Assembly: GCA_963779615.1 (NCBI GenBank)
Contig: CAVZZA010000002.1
Span: forward strand, 1 to 29,784
DNA: 29,784 nt
Direction of reading: 5' to 3'
DNA from: an uncultured Nitrososphaeraceae archaeon
GTDB lineage: Archaea > Thermoproteota > Nitrososphaeria > Nitrososphaerales > Nitrososphaeraceae
Position 1 is the first letter of the stretch, and each line of letters begins with the position of its first letter. The notes under the pieces are model-generated. The model was not told the DNA's origin and ran no database searches. It saw nothing but the letters and a program-made list of their open reading frames with translations. The translations under genes and the position numbers were made by a program. Positions 9,678 through 20,105 of the stretch are shown here, in pieces.

Positions 9678-10949
9678 ATGACTAGACCTCAAATTCATTG
9701 TCTATTGGCCTTAGTATTGGTCGTTGCGGTCTCAATTGGATTAATACATCCATTTAATTCTGTCATAGCTCAACCAGCAGTATTAAAAGATCCCAATCTA
9801 AAGGTGGAGTTAGTAGCTCAGGGATTACAACCTTCTACAAGCATGGCATTCTTGGGACCAAACGACATTTTAGTATTAGAGAAAGAAACTGGCACAGTAC
9901 AGAGAATTACAGATGGCAAAGTGCTTTCGCAACCCCTACTTCAAGTTCCTGTTTCACCAACAAATGAAAGAGGTATGCTTGGGATTGCTATTGCAAAGCA
10001 CAATAATGGTCCTACATACGTCTTCCTGTACTATACAGCACCTGGTGGTGGTGCACAATCACTCGCAAATGTTCTTTATAGATATGAATTGGTAAACAAC
10101 AACCAACAGTTAGCCAATCCCAAGCTTCTGCTAAGTCTCCCTGCACTTCCCGGCACTAACCATAATGGTGGCAAGGTAGTTGTTGGTCCTGACAATAACG
10201 TATATGCTGTTATCGGTGATCTCAAAACCCACAGAACCCAAACTGAGAATGTGGTCAATGGACCGCCTGCAGATAGCACCGGAGGTATACTAAGGGTTAC
10301 ACAGGACGGTCAGCCCGTACCAGGCCCTCCACTTGGGCAAGCTACGGCTCCTCTAAATCTGTATTATGCATATGGGGTACGCAACAGTTTTGGGATTGGC
10401 TTTGATCCTGTGACCAACAATCTATGGGATACCGAAAACGGTCCTAAATATGGGGATGAGATCAATCTTGTTCAACCTGGATTTAACAGTGGATGGGCAC
10501 AGGTAATGGGAACATCAGCTCCAGAAGGGACAATAGGAAAAGAGACTGCTGGACAAGTCATTTCTAATCCATCATCCAACTTGGTAGACTTTGCAGGAAA
10601 AGGCAAATACAGACCTCCTGAATTCACATGGTTGAAGCCGGTAGCTCCTACAGCACTAAAGTTCCTTGATTCTGTAAAACTTGGCAAACAATACCAAAAT
10701 GATATGTTTGTAGGGGACTACAAAAATGGCGATCTTTATCACTTCAATCTAGACCAAGCTAGAACAGGGCTAGCTCTTAACGGAACACTAGCTAACAAGA
10801 TATCCAATACACCGCAGGACAGTCAACCATTAATATTCGCCAGTGGATTTGATGGCGGAATTACGGACTTACAGGTTGGACCTGATGATGGCTACCTCTA
10901 CGTTCTTACATTTGCAGGTTCAATATACCGAATAGTTCCAACTTCTTGA
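9678..10949 (+). CDS. PQQ-dependent sugar dehydrogenase (GSDH family), secreted
   Basis: Signal peptide; ERGMLGIA, HNGGKV, YAYGVRNSFGIGFDP, WDTENGP, DEINLVQPGFNSGW. Confidence 0.95.
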   Translation: MTRPQIHCLLALVLVVAVSIGLIHPFNSVIAQPAVLKDPNLKVELVAQGLQPSTSMAFLGPNDILVLEKETGTVQRITDGKVLSQPLLQVPVSPTNERGMLGIAIAKHNNGPTYVFLYYTAPGGGAQSLANVLYRYELVNNNQQLANPKLLLSLPALPGTNHNGGKVVVGPDNNVYAVIGDLKTHRTQTENVVNGPPADSTGGILRVTQDGQPVPGPPLGQATAPLNLYYAYGVRNSFGIGFDPVTNNLWDTENGPKYGDEINLVQPGFNSGWAQVMGTSAPEGTIGKETAGQVISNPSSNLVDFAGKGKYRPPEFTWLKPVAPTALKFLDSVKLGKQYQNDMFVGDYKNGDLYHFNLDQARTGLALNGTLANKISNTPQDSQPLIFASGFDGGITDLQVGPDDGYLYVLTFAGSIYRIVPTS

Positions 10950-11184
10950 CTGGTCCTTTAAGATAACAAGTTTCGGGATAAATTCTCATGGAAACCCGTT
11001 TTTAAAAGTCAAGGGTGAAGCCGGAAGAACTGTCCTAGGTAACAGTGATTCTGCAGTAGAATTCGTTTATGAATTGTTTACTAATAAAGGGATATATGTT
11101 GCCGCATCAGATGGTGGCAAATATGTATCTCCAATTATTACTTTTAAGAATGTATATGGTGAACGCTGCCTGGATTCAGCAAAG

Positions 11185-11610
11185 TCTGTTGGTACGGGGC
11201 GTTTTCCATAATCTTTGACAATGGCTAGTAAAAAGCGCTCGGCAACAAATATGTTTCTTTCCCTGTATATGGACAGTGTGAGAATTTGCTTATTTTTAGG
11301 CTCCATGGCAACCCAAAGCCAGACATATTCTGAACCTGCCTTGATTGTCGTTTCATCCACAATAAATTCAGCCACCTTCTTTCCCTATGACGATATCTTT
11401 TGGGGATGGTATTTCTGAATCCAATTCCAGACTGAAACATGGTTTCGCTTAACAAAACATAAAAGCCGCTCAGATGTTCTTCTAAATGACAGGCCTGAAA
11501 AGTACAAATACAATCCATGACCAATATAATTTGAGGGTGTTCTGTTTTTAATAATCATAATTGAGACAAAGCATCCTCAAGCTATAACTTTTCCTTAAGT
11601 GAACAGAGCC
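11185..11610 (-). mobile_element. IS6-family remnant (left end and truncated transposase pseudogene)
   Basis: End GGCTCTGTTCACTT at 11610; MIIKNRTPS...LYLYFSGLSFRR...WNWIQKY...*...IVDETTIKAGSEYVWLWVAMEP; breaks at PVPTD. Confidence 0.85.
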
Positions 11611-11964
11611 GCTTTATGCAATTCCTTATCAATTATATTAAAAATATATTAATAATCAACTTCTTTTGCAACTCATCGACTTTCCTTGCAGATAGAACTT
11701 GAATTTGGCATGTCAATATATTTTGAATATGTCCAGAGGGTAAGGAAAAATTAACCCTTAGATGTCAAGAAAGTTAATAATATGTGGAAAAAAGTAGAAT
11801 TAGTAGAGGGTGGTTTTTCTTAATGCTTTTTTTATGCTATTTCTTAAATATTCTTTATATTTTTTATAGAATAATACTTATAATGCGTATTGAATTAACT
11901 TGTCCTGTTTTTATTTTTAATTTTGCATTCTTATATAGAAATGACATAATACATCTCTGTAAAC

Positions 11965-12294
11965 ATGAATCAATTAAAATTTGAATCAAATATTATTACC
12001 ATTGGAGCGATTTTGTTAGCAGTGGTTCTTATAGCAACAGGGCCCCAATATATAAAAGCACAAAGTGAATCTACAAACACAAATAACGAAATCAAAAGCA
12101 TTATTTCCACTTCAAATCCTGTGTTAAACATTACAAGCGTACCTAATTATTACACAGGAATGTCCTATACATTCACTGACCCCACAACAATTCCGCCATC
12201 AGAATCTGCTCCATTTAAACTGGCTGTCGGTCTTAGTGATGTTAGCAATTTAGAATCACTAAAAATCTATAAACCTAAGGTAAGTAGCAATTAA
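11965..12294 (+). CDS. Small secreted protein, possibly an internally deleted FxLYD-like protein
   Basis: Signal peptide; YTFTDPTTIPPSESAPFKL. Confidence 0.55.
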   Translation: MNQLKFESNIITIGAILLAVVLIATGPQYIKAQSESTNTNNEIKSIISTSNPVLNITSVPNYYTGMSYTFTDPTTIPPSESAPFKLAVGLSDVSNLESLKIYKPKVSSN

Positions 12295-12609
12295 AAAACA
12301 CATTGTAATGTTTTAATATCCTCAATCTAAATTCCTTTTATTAATTATGTTGTGACCTATTCTTTGATAACCATAATAAGGTTGAAAGAGGCCATTATTA
12401 CATATTGTTTTGTTTTAGATTTTATTCAATTATCGTTGCTCGATATTTAAAAAAATATCTAAAGAAAGAAAAAAAATTCAGAGTAGTGCGATTAAGCGTC
12501 TGATAAATCGAGCGCAATGGGAACAATACATCAAATGACAAGAGGATCCTAGGCTATTTTCCGTATCTATCCCGTGATGGTTTGTTTTTTTAGTTGTAGC
12601 CTATCTTGT

Positions 12610-14298
12610 TCAGGGTTTCGATTCGGTATTTTTATTTCTATCTAACTCCTCCAAAATTTTGTCCTTAAATGAATACAAAGACTGGTCCCATGGCTCACAC
12701 TCTATAGCTGTTTCAATACATGGTAATGCTTTATCAAATTGTCCTTTGATACAAAAACAATTGGCCTTGCTATAGAGAACATCAGCGTAGCATGAAAATA
12801 TTTCTAATGCTTTATCATAGGATAATATAGCTTCATCATACTTTCCGTGTCTACTCAATGCATTACCCTTATCAAAATAAATTAATGGATCGCGTGGATT
12901 AATTGTTTCGGCATGTTCATACTGACGGATTGCTTGTTCATGATCCTCCAAAACTGAATAGCTAATACCCTTGTGGATATAACCGTCAATATATTTTTGA
13001 TCGAGAGATATTGTTTCGTCGAACTCTGAAATAGCCCTTTGATGCTCGCCAAGTTCTTGAAGCACCCTACCCTTGTTAAAATGGTCTGCTAAAGATTTAC
13101 AGGGCAATGTAATAGCTTTCCTATAAGATTCTTCACTTGACATATTGAAACCTAATTTCTTTAATGAATCTCCACGCAGAGCCCAGAAGAGAATTTCAGG
13201 AATAAAAGGTTTCTGTTCAACTTCGTTATCAAACCTTATGGTGAGATCATCGATCTCTTCTAATAGTCTTATAATTTCTGAAAAATCTTGAAATCTATCT
13301 AAAGGATATAACTCCAAACATTTTTTAACTATATCTCTAATTTTCTCGTTCGTGTCATGCCTATAAGATTCAATATAGCGATCAATCTCATCCTGTATCT
13401 CCAAATTCGCCACGACCAAATTATCAGGAATATCCAAGGGTTCAAAATCAGAAAGAATTTTTCGGAATTCACTACCTTCCTTAAATCCTAGATGATTAGT
13501 TATTAATTCTAATAGGAGGATTCCAAAGCTAAAGATGTCAGTAAACTTGTTTATTTTCTGCGGGAATGCAATTAATCCTTCTTGTTCAGGAGCTGCGTAT
13601 CGAACATCACAGAATAGGCCACTCCCAACCTTGCCTCTTTCGTTTTGACCTGCAAGGGTTAAAGAATCTTTACTTTGATTGATACCGTCTTGATTTAAGT
13701 CGGGTTTTATACCGCCTTTTGAATCATATTCAAGTATCTCTCTAAAACTAACAAGCCCAAAATCCGCAATTTTGACGACATGGTTCATCTTATGCGGCTC
13801 TTCTGGCTTTATTTTTTTTACCAAAATATTTTCAGGCTTGAGGTCTTTATGTATTATTCCATTGGAATGCAGGAACCTCACTCCTACGGCCATCTGGTAT
13901 ATTAAAGGATACAATTCGGACGATTCTAGTTTTTTATTCATTTTAGTGTATTCTTTGAGAAATGAAGTTAAGTCACCACCGCTTACGAGTTCCATGAATA
14001 TGTGATAGTTTCCCTTAATTTCTGCCACAATTGAGCTTTGAACGATATTTGGATGAGGTGGAAGCGTCAATATGGTGAAGGCTTCTCTCTTTAAAGCATC
14101 ATCTTTGGCAGTATCATTCGCAGTCGAATGGGAATCACGATTGCTGGCCCTTTTAACAATCATCGGGATTTCGCTAGCGACATCAATGACTTTAAAAGTA
14201 TCACCAAAGTATCCGCCTGCTCCTTTACTATCTTCTCTTTTGAAGTTCCGACCATTAAATAGTGTTACAGTTTCACCATTTTCCCAACTGAATTCCAT
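12610..14298 (-). CDS. Ser/Thr protein kinase with C-terminal TPR repeats
   Basis: GAGGYFGDTF Gly loop, VK, HPNIV, HKDLKPEN, IADFG, YAAPE, DIFSFG; several TPR-like repeats in the last ~190 aa. Confidence 0.93.
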   Translation of the reverse strand: MEFSWENGETVTLFNGRNFKREDSKGAGGYFGDTFKVIDVASEIPMIVKRASNRDSHSTANDTAKDDALKREAFTILTLPPHPNIVQSSIVAEIKGNYHIFMELVSGGDLTSFLKEYTKMNKKLESSELYPLIYQMAVGVRFLHSNGIIHKDLKPENILVKKIKPEEPHKMNHVVKIADFGLVSFREILEYDSKGGIKPDLNQDGINQSKDSLTLAGQNERGKVGSGLFCDVRYAAPEQEGLIAFPQKINKFTDIFSFGILLLELITNHLGFKEGSEFRKILSDFEPLDIPDNLVVANLEIQDEIDRYIESYRHDTNEKIRDIVKKCLELYPLDRFQDFSEIIRLLEEIDDLTIRFDNEVEQKPFIPEILFWALRGDSLKKLGFNMSSEESYRKAITLPCKSLADHFNKGRVLQELGEHQRAISEFDETISLDQKYIDGYIHKGISYSVLEDHEQAIRQYEHAETINPRDPLIYFDKGNALSRHGKYDEAILSYDKALEIFSCYADVLYSKANCFCIKGQFDKALPCIETAIECEPWDQSLYSFKDKILEELDRNKNTESKP

Positions 14299-14526
14299 TT
14301 TCGTATTATCAATAATCCGTTATCTCATTTTATATATAGGGTGGAATTATAAATCCTCATATAATTTAATTTTAAGAGACAATTCTATAATAATTCTGTG
14401 CACTTTTTATCGATAGTAAAATCCTGTACTCGACATCTTGTAGCTTTTAGTGCAAATATTCATTGAAAATAAAGTAAAGATTATAACCGCAGGGTGTGAC
14501 ATAAATATAACATTGGACCTATGATC

Positions 14527-14560
14527 AAAACCGATATCGTTATTAATCCCACCCGGTTCA
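14527..14560 (+). repeat. Degenerate att-like site
   Basis: ACCGATATC arm shared with 18861; core ATCCCACCCGGTTCA is 12/15 to the type B core. Confidence 0.55.
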
Positions 14561-14603
14561 TACTCACGATTTATGGAAATATGTCCTTTAGTTAATTGAG
14601 CCC

Positions 14604-15767
14604 GGGTCATAATTCATAACAAATAAAGCTAGCCTAGAGGAGTATCATATTTTGGTGAAAAACAAAGATGCTATCCAAAAGACTAGCAACAAATTGTTCA
14701 TCATCCATTCTAATCAGCATTTTGCATATCGTAGGGTTGATTGACTGGTCATGCAGTGATAACCAGACAAAAAATCATTGTCGCCGCAGCCGCCGCGGTA
14801 GACCGTATGTATATTCTGCCACCATAATTTTTAGATGCTTTATAGTGCGCATATGGTTACGGCTTGACTCAAACAGGGCACTGCATCAATATCTCTCCAC
14901 CGACTTGCCCTACAACAGAAAGGTGACGAAAGCATGTGGACTATCAAGATTGCCACTACCGTGTAGACGCACCTTTGATAGGCGGTTGAAGACCATCTCT
15001 ATCGACATCAAAGAAAGGATTGTAACAATGGGATGCCTGTTTGTTTCGGAAGGTTTGGTCAAACCACATGTCCTCGCAATAGACAGCACACCCATCAAAG
15101 CAAAGGGTCATGTCTGGCACAAATCCTCAATGGAAAAAGGAGTGGTACCTCGTTCAGGTATTGATACCGATGCTAAATGGGGTTTCAGTCATACCAAAGG
15201 TTGGGTATTTGGATATAAACTGCATTTGATATCCAGTACTGGCTCCATTGTTGTACCTCTATCAGGCGATTTCACAACAGCCAATGTATATGACAATCAA
15301 GTCTATCCAGGACTAACATCCAGTTTACATTCGACAACAGTAAGGAAAACACATTACATGACTGCAGATCCAGGATACGATGACCAAAACCTGTATGACT
15401 TGAGCATGGATTTGGGATTTCAACTTGTGTGTCCTGTCCATCGATACAGAAATACTCCATCAGAAAGGATAAATCTAATTGTTGATTTCTATGAATCCGC
15501 TCTAGGACAGGTCATATACTCAAAGAGAGGTGCATCCATAGAACCATTGATTGAGCACATAAAATCAGTCTTTAGGATTGACCAATTACCAGTAAGGGGA
15601 TATGATAAGGCATGTGCCATTGTTCTGTTATCCGTATTGCTCTATCAGATACTTGTTTACTATAACTGCAAAATGCAGAAAGACATTCCAAATCAATCAA
15701 GTACATGATGGGATGCTGATTTGTCTTCCGAAAATAATGACTAGATTATCAAAATGAATTATGACCC
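14604..15767 (+). mobile_element. Insertion sequence with DDE_Tnp_1-type transposase
   Basis: Perfect 14-bp terminal IRs GGGTCATAATTCAT (14604-14617) / ATGAATTATGACCC (15754-15767). Confidence 0.9.
14668..15708 (+). CDS. DDE transposase
   Basis: AIDSTPI, GWVFGYKLHL, ADPGYD, KRGASIEPLIEHIKSVF. Confidence 0.92.
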   Translation: MLSKRLATNCSSSILISILHIVGLIDWSCSDNQTKNHCRRSRRGRPYVYSATIIFRCFIVRIWLRLDSNRALHQYLSTDLPYNRKVTKACGLSRLPLPCRRTFDRRLKTISIDIKERIVTMGCLFVSEGLVKPHVLAIDSTPIKAKGHVWHKSSMEKGVVPRSGIDTDAKWGFSHTKGWVFGYKLHLISSTGSIVVPLSGDFTTANVYDNQVYPGLTSSLHSTTVRKTHYMTADPGYDDQNLYDLSMDLGFQLVCPVHRYRNTPSERINLIVDFYESALGQVIYSKRGASIEPLIEHIKSVFRIDQLPVRGYDKACAIVLLSVLLYQILVYYNCKMQKDIPNQSST

Positions 15768-15892
15768 ATACTCAGTTAATTAATTATTATTTTGTTAATA
15801 CATTTCTTCATTGTTTAATCATTCCTCACGGTTTCAAACCCGATCCATTTGGATTTGAAGTAATTTGCGTAATCCATATTTGGATTGTGAAA

Positions 15893-16025
15893 ATTGAACT
15901 GCAGATTACAGGCAAATATCTCCTACATCCGACCCGGCCCATATAAAAATTGCAGGATACCATCAATTTTATTGTAATTATTTGGATAGTTATGGGTATT
16001 GGATAACATAGTTTGATTCTAAGAA
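15893..16025 (+). repeat. Type B att-like site with arm and tail
   Basis: TTGAACTGCAGATTACAGGCAAAT; TTA starts 21 nt before ATCCGACCCGGCCCAT (15927-15942); conserved tail. Confidence 0.88.
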
Positions 16026-16220
16026 ACTTTTGAGTTGTTCTCTGTTACATTAGAAACTGTATACAGTTTTTTGTCCGTGTTATGATGAATAATAAATATT
16101 GCAGTTGTTGCAATAGTAGCCTATTTTCTTGAGCGAACCATTCGCCCATTCTCGGATGTAGGTAGAGTTGATGCCATGGTGACAAGTTTGAAGGGACACC
16201 GTAAACATTTCCTCTGCCAT
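15927..16220 (-). pseudogene. Second copy of the Zn-ribbon ORF reading into the att core
   Basis: QTCHHGINSTYIREWANGSLKKIGYYCNNCNIYY* ... NNYNKIDGILQFLYGPGRM*; clear nucleotide similarity to 1705-1980. Confidence 0.65.
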
Positions 16221-16310
16221 GTTCAGTCTCATTGTTATCGTGTTTTTTACAAAATGAGAAACACAAAAGGAAATAGGCGTGTTAGATGGCAGACCCCAAT
16301 TAGCCCCAAA

Positions 16311-16478
16311 ATGAACAATGTCTCATATAAGAGCATTTTACGGTGTCTGTTGATATTTTCCGCGTTGGGGTCTTTGTTCGTTACAGGGACAAACCTGGTT
16401 CCAGTATAATCATATGCCGCCGCTGGTGGTGGTAACAATGGTGACTATAAAACCACCAAAGACTACAAGAACATCTAG
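16311..16478 (+). pseudogene. 5' remnant of secreted protein
   Basis: MNNVSYKSILRCLLIFSALGSLFVTGTNLVPV*SYAAAGGGNNGDY: signal peptide with in-frame stop. Confidence 0.4.
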
Positions 16479-16669
16479 TATCCCATAAATAATTAGAAAA
16501 TTAATAATCTCAACAGTATTTACTATCTATAGTGTTCTCTAATGTTTGAAAAACATTAAGTAATTATCCTGTATCGTAACGGGTGATATGATGGGTAGAA
16601 TCACTAACATATTGGTGACCTCAGTGAATCCTTTCCTAACCTTTAGAATTCCATTCAAGTCGATCAATG

Positions 16670-16706
16670 TAGAATCTCTCTGCCATTGGGAACTTAATCT
16701 CCACGG
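16670..16706 (+). repeat. att-like site, arm subfamily TAGAA...GGGAACTTAATC
   Basis: Direct repeat of 18713-18748; core ATCTCCACGG. Confidence 0.65.
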
Positions 16707-16921
16707 ATGAGAATTGTTACTAATGAATATTATGTACTATTGATTGTTTTCATTGTAATAATGGTAGAACTTGAATTTCCCGGTCCGGTTGTGGAGGTGG
16801 TCGTGGTAGTGGTAGAATGCAGCCGTCCAGCGGCAGTTATCTGCTACAATTGGCTCAGATTGGATTTTCAGTTATGTGATAAGGTCAACTCTAAAATCAT
16901 ACTATCTCTATTAGTCCATAC

Positions 16922-17341
16922 ATGGAATCTCCTTCAGATTATATTCAAATTATTGTCGCCGCGATATATGTAATAGCATTATTTTATACTATTGTCACAT
17001 TCCAGCGCTCGAAGAGAATTGATCAAATCGCATCATTAGGTGATGTCATGAAAGAGCTACGAGATGTGGATCGGGAACTGGCAAAAATACCTTCAGGACC
17101 TCAATTTGATGAAGTCAAAAGTCCATGGTTTTCTCGCATGTTCAATAGCCTAGAATGGCTTTCGTTTATGATCAATGAAAAAATCATGACTGACAAAAAA
17201 TTGGTTGAATACATTAAACCTGTGATAATCGGCTATTACGATAACACATTTCTGAAATCCGCGTCAGTAATTGAACGAGATTCGGACAATTATCCACAAT
17301 TTAAAAAACTCTATCAAGCCGTGAAGAGCAAGTCCAAGTGA
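16922..17341 (+). CDS. Hypothetical protein with N-terminal membrane anchor (DUF4760-like architecture)
   Basis: N-terminal hydrophobic helix, then FNSLEWLSFMINEK...YPQFKKLY. Confidence 0.7.
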   Translation: MESPSDYIQIIVAAIYVIALFYTIVTFQRSKRIDQIASLGDVMKELRDVDRELAKIPSGPQFDEVKSPWFSRMFNSLEWLSFMINEKIMTDKKLVEYIKPVIIGYYDNTFLKSASVIERDSDNYPQFKKLYQAVKSKSK

Positions 17342-17620
17342 ACAAATAGGTTGAGTATGGAGATATTTTTTATCATAATAATTTAATCGTATCACAACAA
17401 TAATCAAGTTATTAATACCTTTGAATAGAAATTGGTCGTTAAGATATTAGTTACAGTTTACTTATTTTGTCATTTCTGATAATGATCCACTCTAGGGTAG
17501 ACGGATTTTGAAATATGGCAAATTGGCAAGATTGTTTTACTTCACCCTCTCTTTCTTGATTTTATCGTGAATGTTTATGATGCATGTTTGCTCACAGTTC
17601 TCGTGTATAATAGAGTCAGT

Positions 17621-18665
17621 AGATCTCTTGCATAATTACGCCTAAACAGCTTTATGGCCATCAGTTTCTCATTAACCTGTCTTTCCTTGCTCTCGTATGA
17701 CAGGTTATCCAAAAAACCACTGCTTTTCAAGTCATTCACCGGCCTGACGGTAAGGGAGTTTGATGACATTTACGATAACGAAATAACAAAAAGACACGGC
17801 AAGCATGAGATACGGCGATTATCCAAAATGAAGAATAAGCGAGAAAGATCCATAGGCACTGGAAGACACTTTAAGCTAGATGTTAAAAACAGGTTTCTCA
17901 TGCTTTTAGTCTACTACCGTCTTTACATGACCTACACGTTGGCTGGCTTTTTGTTTGACTTGGACCAAAGTAACGTCTGCAGGGACATACAGAAGATTGA
18001 GTTGCTGGTTAGAAAGTGTGTACCAATACCTCAAAAGATATACAAAATAACAAAACGGCTAAGAACGCTTGAGGATGTTGAGCAATACTTTCCCGGTTTT
18101 ATGGCTTTCGTGGATTGTACGGAACAACAGATACCGCGACCTGAAAGCAAAACAAGAAGAAAGCGTACTATTCTGGAAAGAAGAAAAGGCATACCGTAAA
18201 AACACAGATCATGGTTAACAACTCCGGCACCATTATTCATAAAACAAAACACAAGAAGGGACACAGGCACGATTATGACATCTATAAAAAGAATCATCCT
18301 GTCACTCCAAAGCAAGTTGTTAATGTGTTTGACCTTGGATATCTTGGGGTTGAGAAAGACTTTCCTGAACAAAAGTCATCCACACCAAAAAGAAAGAAGA
18401 GGAACCGAAAAGAGTTGGCTCAAGAACAAAAAGAGTACAATCAGAATCATTCTAGAAAGAGAATAATAATAGAACACATCATTTGTCGATTAAAAAAGTA
18501 TAGAATAATGAGCGACACCTTCAGAAACAGTCTCAAAAAGTATGACAAGATATCAGATACAGTATCCGGACTGGTAAACTATAGAATACTGTCATCTTTT
18601 TAGGTAGACATAAGTCATTGCCGTACTGAATAGAAAATACTTGTTTCTAATTATGCAAGAGATCT
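17621..18665 (+). mobile_element. IS5-family-like element (HTH_Tnp_4 + DDE_Tnp_4)
   Basis: 18-bp perfect IRs AGATCTCTTGCATAATTA / TAATTATGCAAGAGATCT; 3-bp target duplication AGT (17618-17620, 18666-18668). Confidence 0.92.
17654..18603 (+). pseudogene. Transposase split by a frameshift near 18163
   Basis: FKSFTGL, LLVYYRLY, AFVDCTEQQIPRP / YYSGKKKRHTVKTQIMVN, DLGYLG, RIIIEHIICRLKKY. Confidence 0.88.
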
Positions 18666-18712
18666 AGTGCCCATCAACTCAAACCAACTATTGATAGAGT
18701 CCATGTTTGTAT

Positions 18713-18760
18713 TAGAACCCTACTACCACAGGGAACTTAATCCCACCGTCCCCGATCCAT
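18713..18760 (+). repeat. att-like site
   Basis: Arm matches 16670-16700; core ATCCCACCGTCCCCG has tRNA 3'-end geometry. Confidence 0.6.
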
Positions 18761-18842
18761 TAATGCGCTTCTGATGGGAAGCGATCTAAATTTTGATGAA
18801 TAGCAATTTCACAAATTTAAGAAATACTATTATCTTATTCAG

Positions 18843-18891
18843 TAGAATCCTATTTAAAATACCGATATCAGCATGAATTCCCACGGGCCCG
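18843..18891 (+). repeat. Type A att-like site directly upstream of integrase remnant
   Basis: TAGAATCCTATTTAAAATACCGATATCAGCATGAATTCCCACGGGCCCG; arm similar to 25956-26003. Confidence 0.78.
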
Positions 18892-18982
18892 CTTCATAAA
18901 TGAATCCTTTTTTAGGCCCACTGTGAAGGATATCGTAGGTATAAAGTTGCAATCATTTGAGCGTAATAATACTGAACCAACC

Positions 18983-19488
18983 ATGATGAATTCTCCCTAT
19001 TTTAGATTTATTGATGCATTAAAGGCCCCTGAAACAAAAAGGCAGTATCCAAAACGCTTGGAGGTTTTTTTAGACTATTTGAAACTACAATGATCAAGTA
19101 TTGAGGAGAAGGCTTATTCCTTTTATGAATTTATAAAAGGGATCCAAAGGCTTTTCAAAATGCTCTGTTAAATTATTTTATCTTCCAAAATGAGAGAGCC
19201 AAAAAGCGAGAAATATCCGAATCAACTATTCCTAACTATTACAAACCAATAAAGTTATTTTGTGATATGAATGATATTATAATTAACTGGCGATTAGTAA
19301 CTAGAGGCATTCCTAAGGGAAGACCTGCATCAGAGGATAGGGTTCCTACTAGGGATGAAATAAAGAAATTATTAGAATATCCTAATAGAGGGATAAAGCC
19401 CATAGTATTAACTATACTCCCGTCTGGAATAAGACTAGGTGCTTGGGATTATCTTAAATGGAAACACGTTATTCAAATTACGGGCTAA
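18983..19488 (+). pseudogene. Tyrosine recombinase/integrase, N-terminal half
   Basis: FIDALKAPETKRQYPKRLEVF...*...frameshift...STIPNYYKPIKLFCDMNDI...DRVPTRDEIKKLL...SGIRLGAWDYLKWKHV (first catalytic Arg); HxxR and Tyr missing. Confidence 0.85.
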
Positions 19489-19744
19489 ATAGATCTCAAC
19501 CTGTTGATGGTATTGAAAAGAAATAATGATAATAAATGGGGAAATCTATTTCTTATTTATGTAAAATACATTAGGAAGGGCCGCTCGTCAATAAGGAAGT
19601 AAAGGATACAACTTTGTTTTGCATATTCCGGAACCAGAACAAGGGGCTTTGCAAGCATTCCATAGGGAGACCATTTACTGAAACTAAAAAAGGATAGAAT
19701 CTGGAAAACAAAACTGGGATTTTATTGATTATAGTGTATAATAA

Positions 19745-19782
19745 GTCATGATTATATTCAATATTGAATCGTATCCCCACGG
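19745..19782 (+). repeat. Type A att-like site (left flank of DHFR cassette)
   Basis: GTCATGATTATATTCAATATTGAATCGTATCCCCACGG, direct repeat of 20784-20824. Confidence 0.8.
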
Positions 19783-20105
19783 ATGTATTCAACCGGCGAG
19801 AAAATATACCGAGATAGTCGAGGCTAGTTTTTTTAACTATCTGGGGAATAAAAATCCAATGCATTATGTAGTATCAAAGTATTAGTGTTTAGAAATTCGA
19901 AAATCAAAATGGAACTGTATAAAAAGAAAATTATGGAATAAAATAAACTTGTGATATACTTTTGATCCCTTCTATACTTATTAGGTATCTGTATGTCCTA
20001 TTCCTTGTGACTAATCCATATTTGCAGGAATGTCTTTTTGAATCAATGAAATTAATCAGAAGGGAAAGCAGGATCTTGAAATAAGAATTGTAGGGGAGAG
20101 TATAG

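Noticed and set aside
15893-15945. Classical integron attC sites
   Set aside because: No RYYYAAC...GTTRRRY boxes or long imperfect palindrome, and no IntI-type integrase recognisable. The analogy is functional only.
18150-18215. Programmed ribosomal frameshift in the IS5-like transposase
   Set aside because: The break looks like a 1-bp deletion in KAYYSG with no clear slippery heptamer at the junction; more likely mutation or error.
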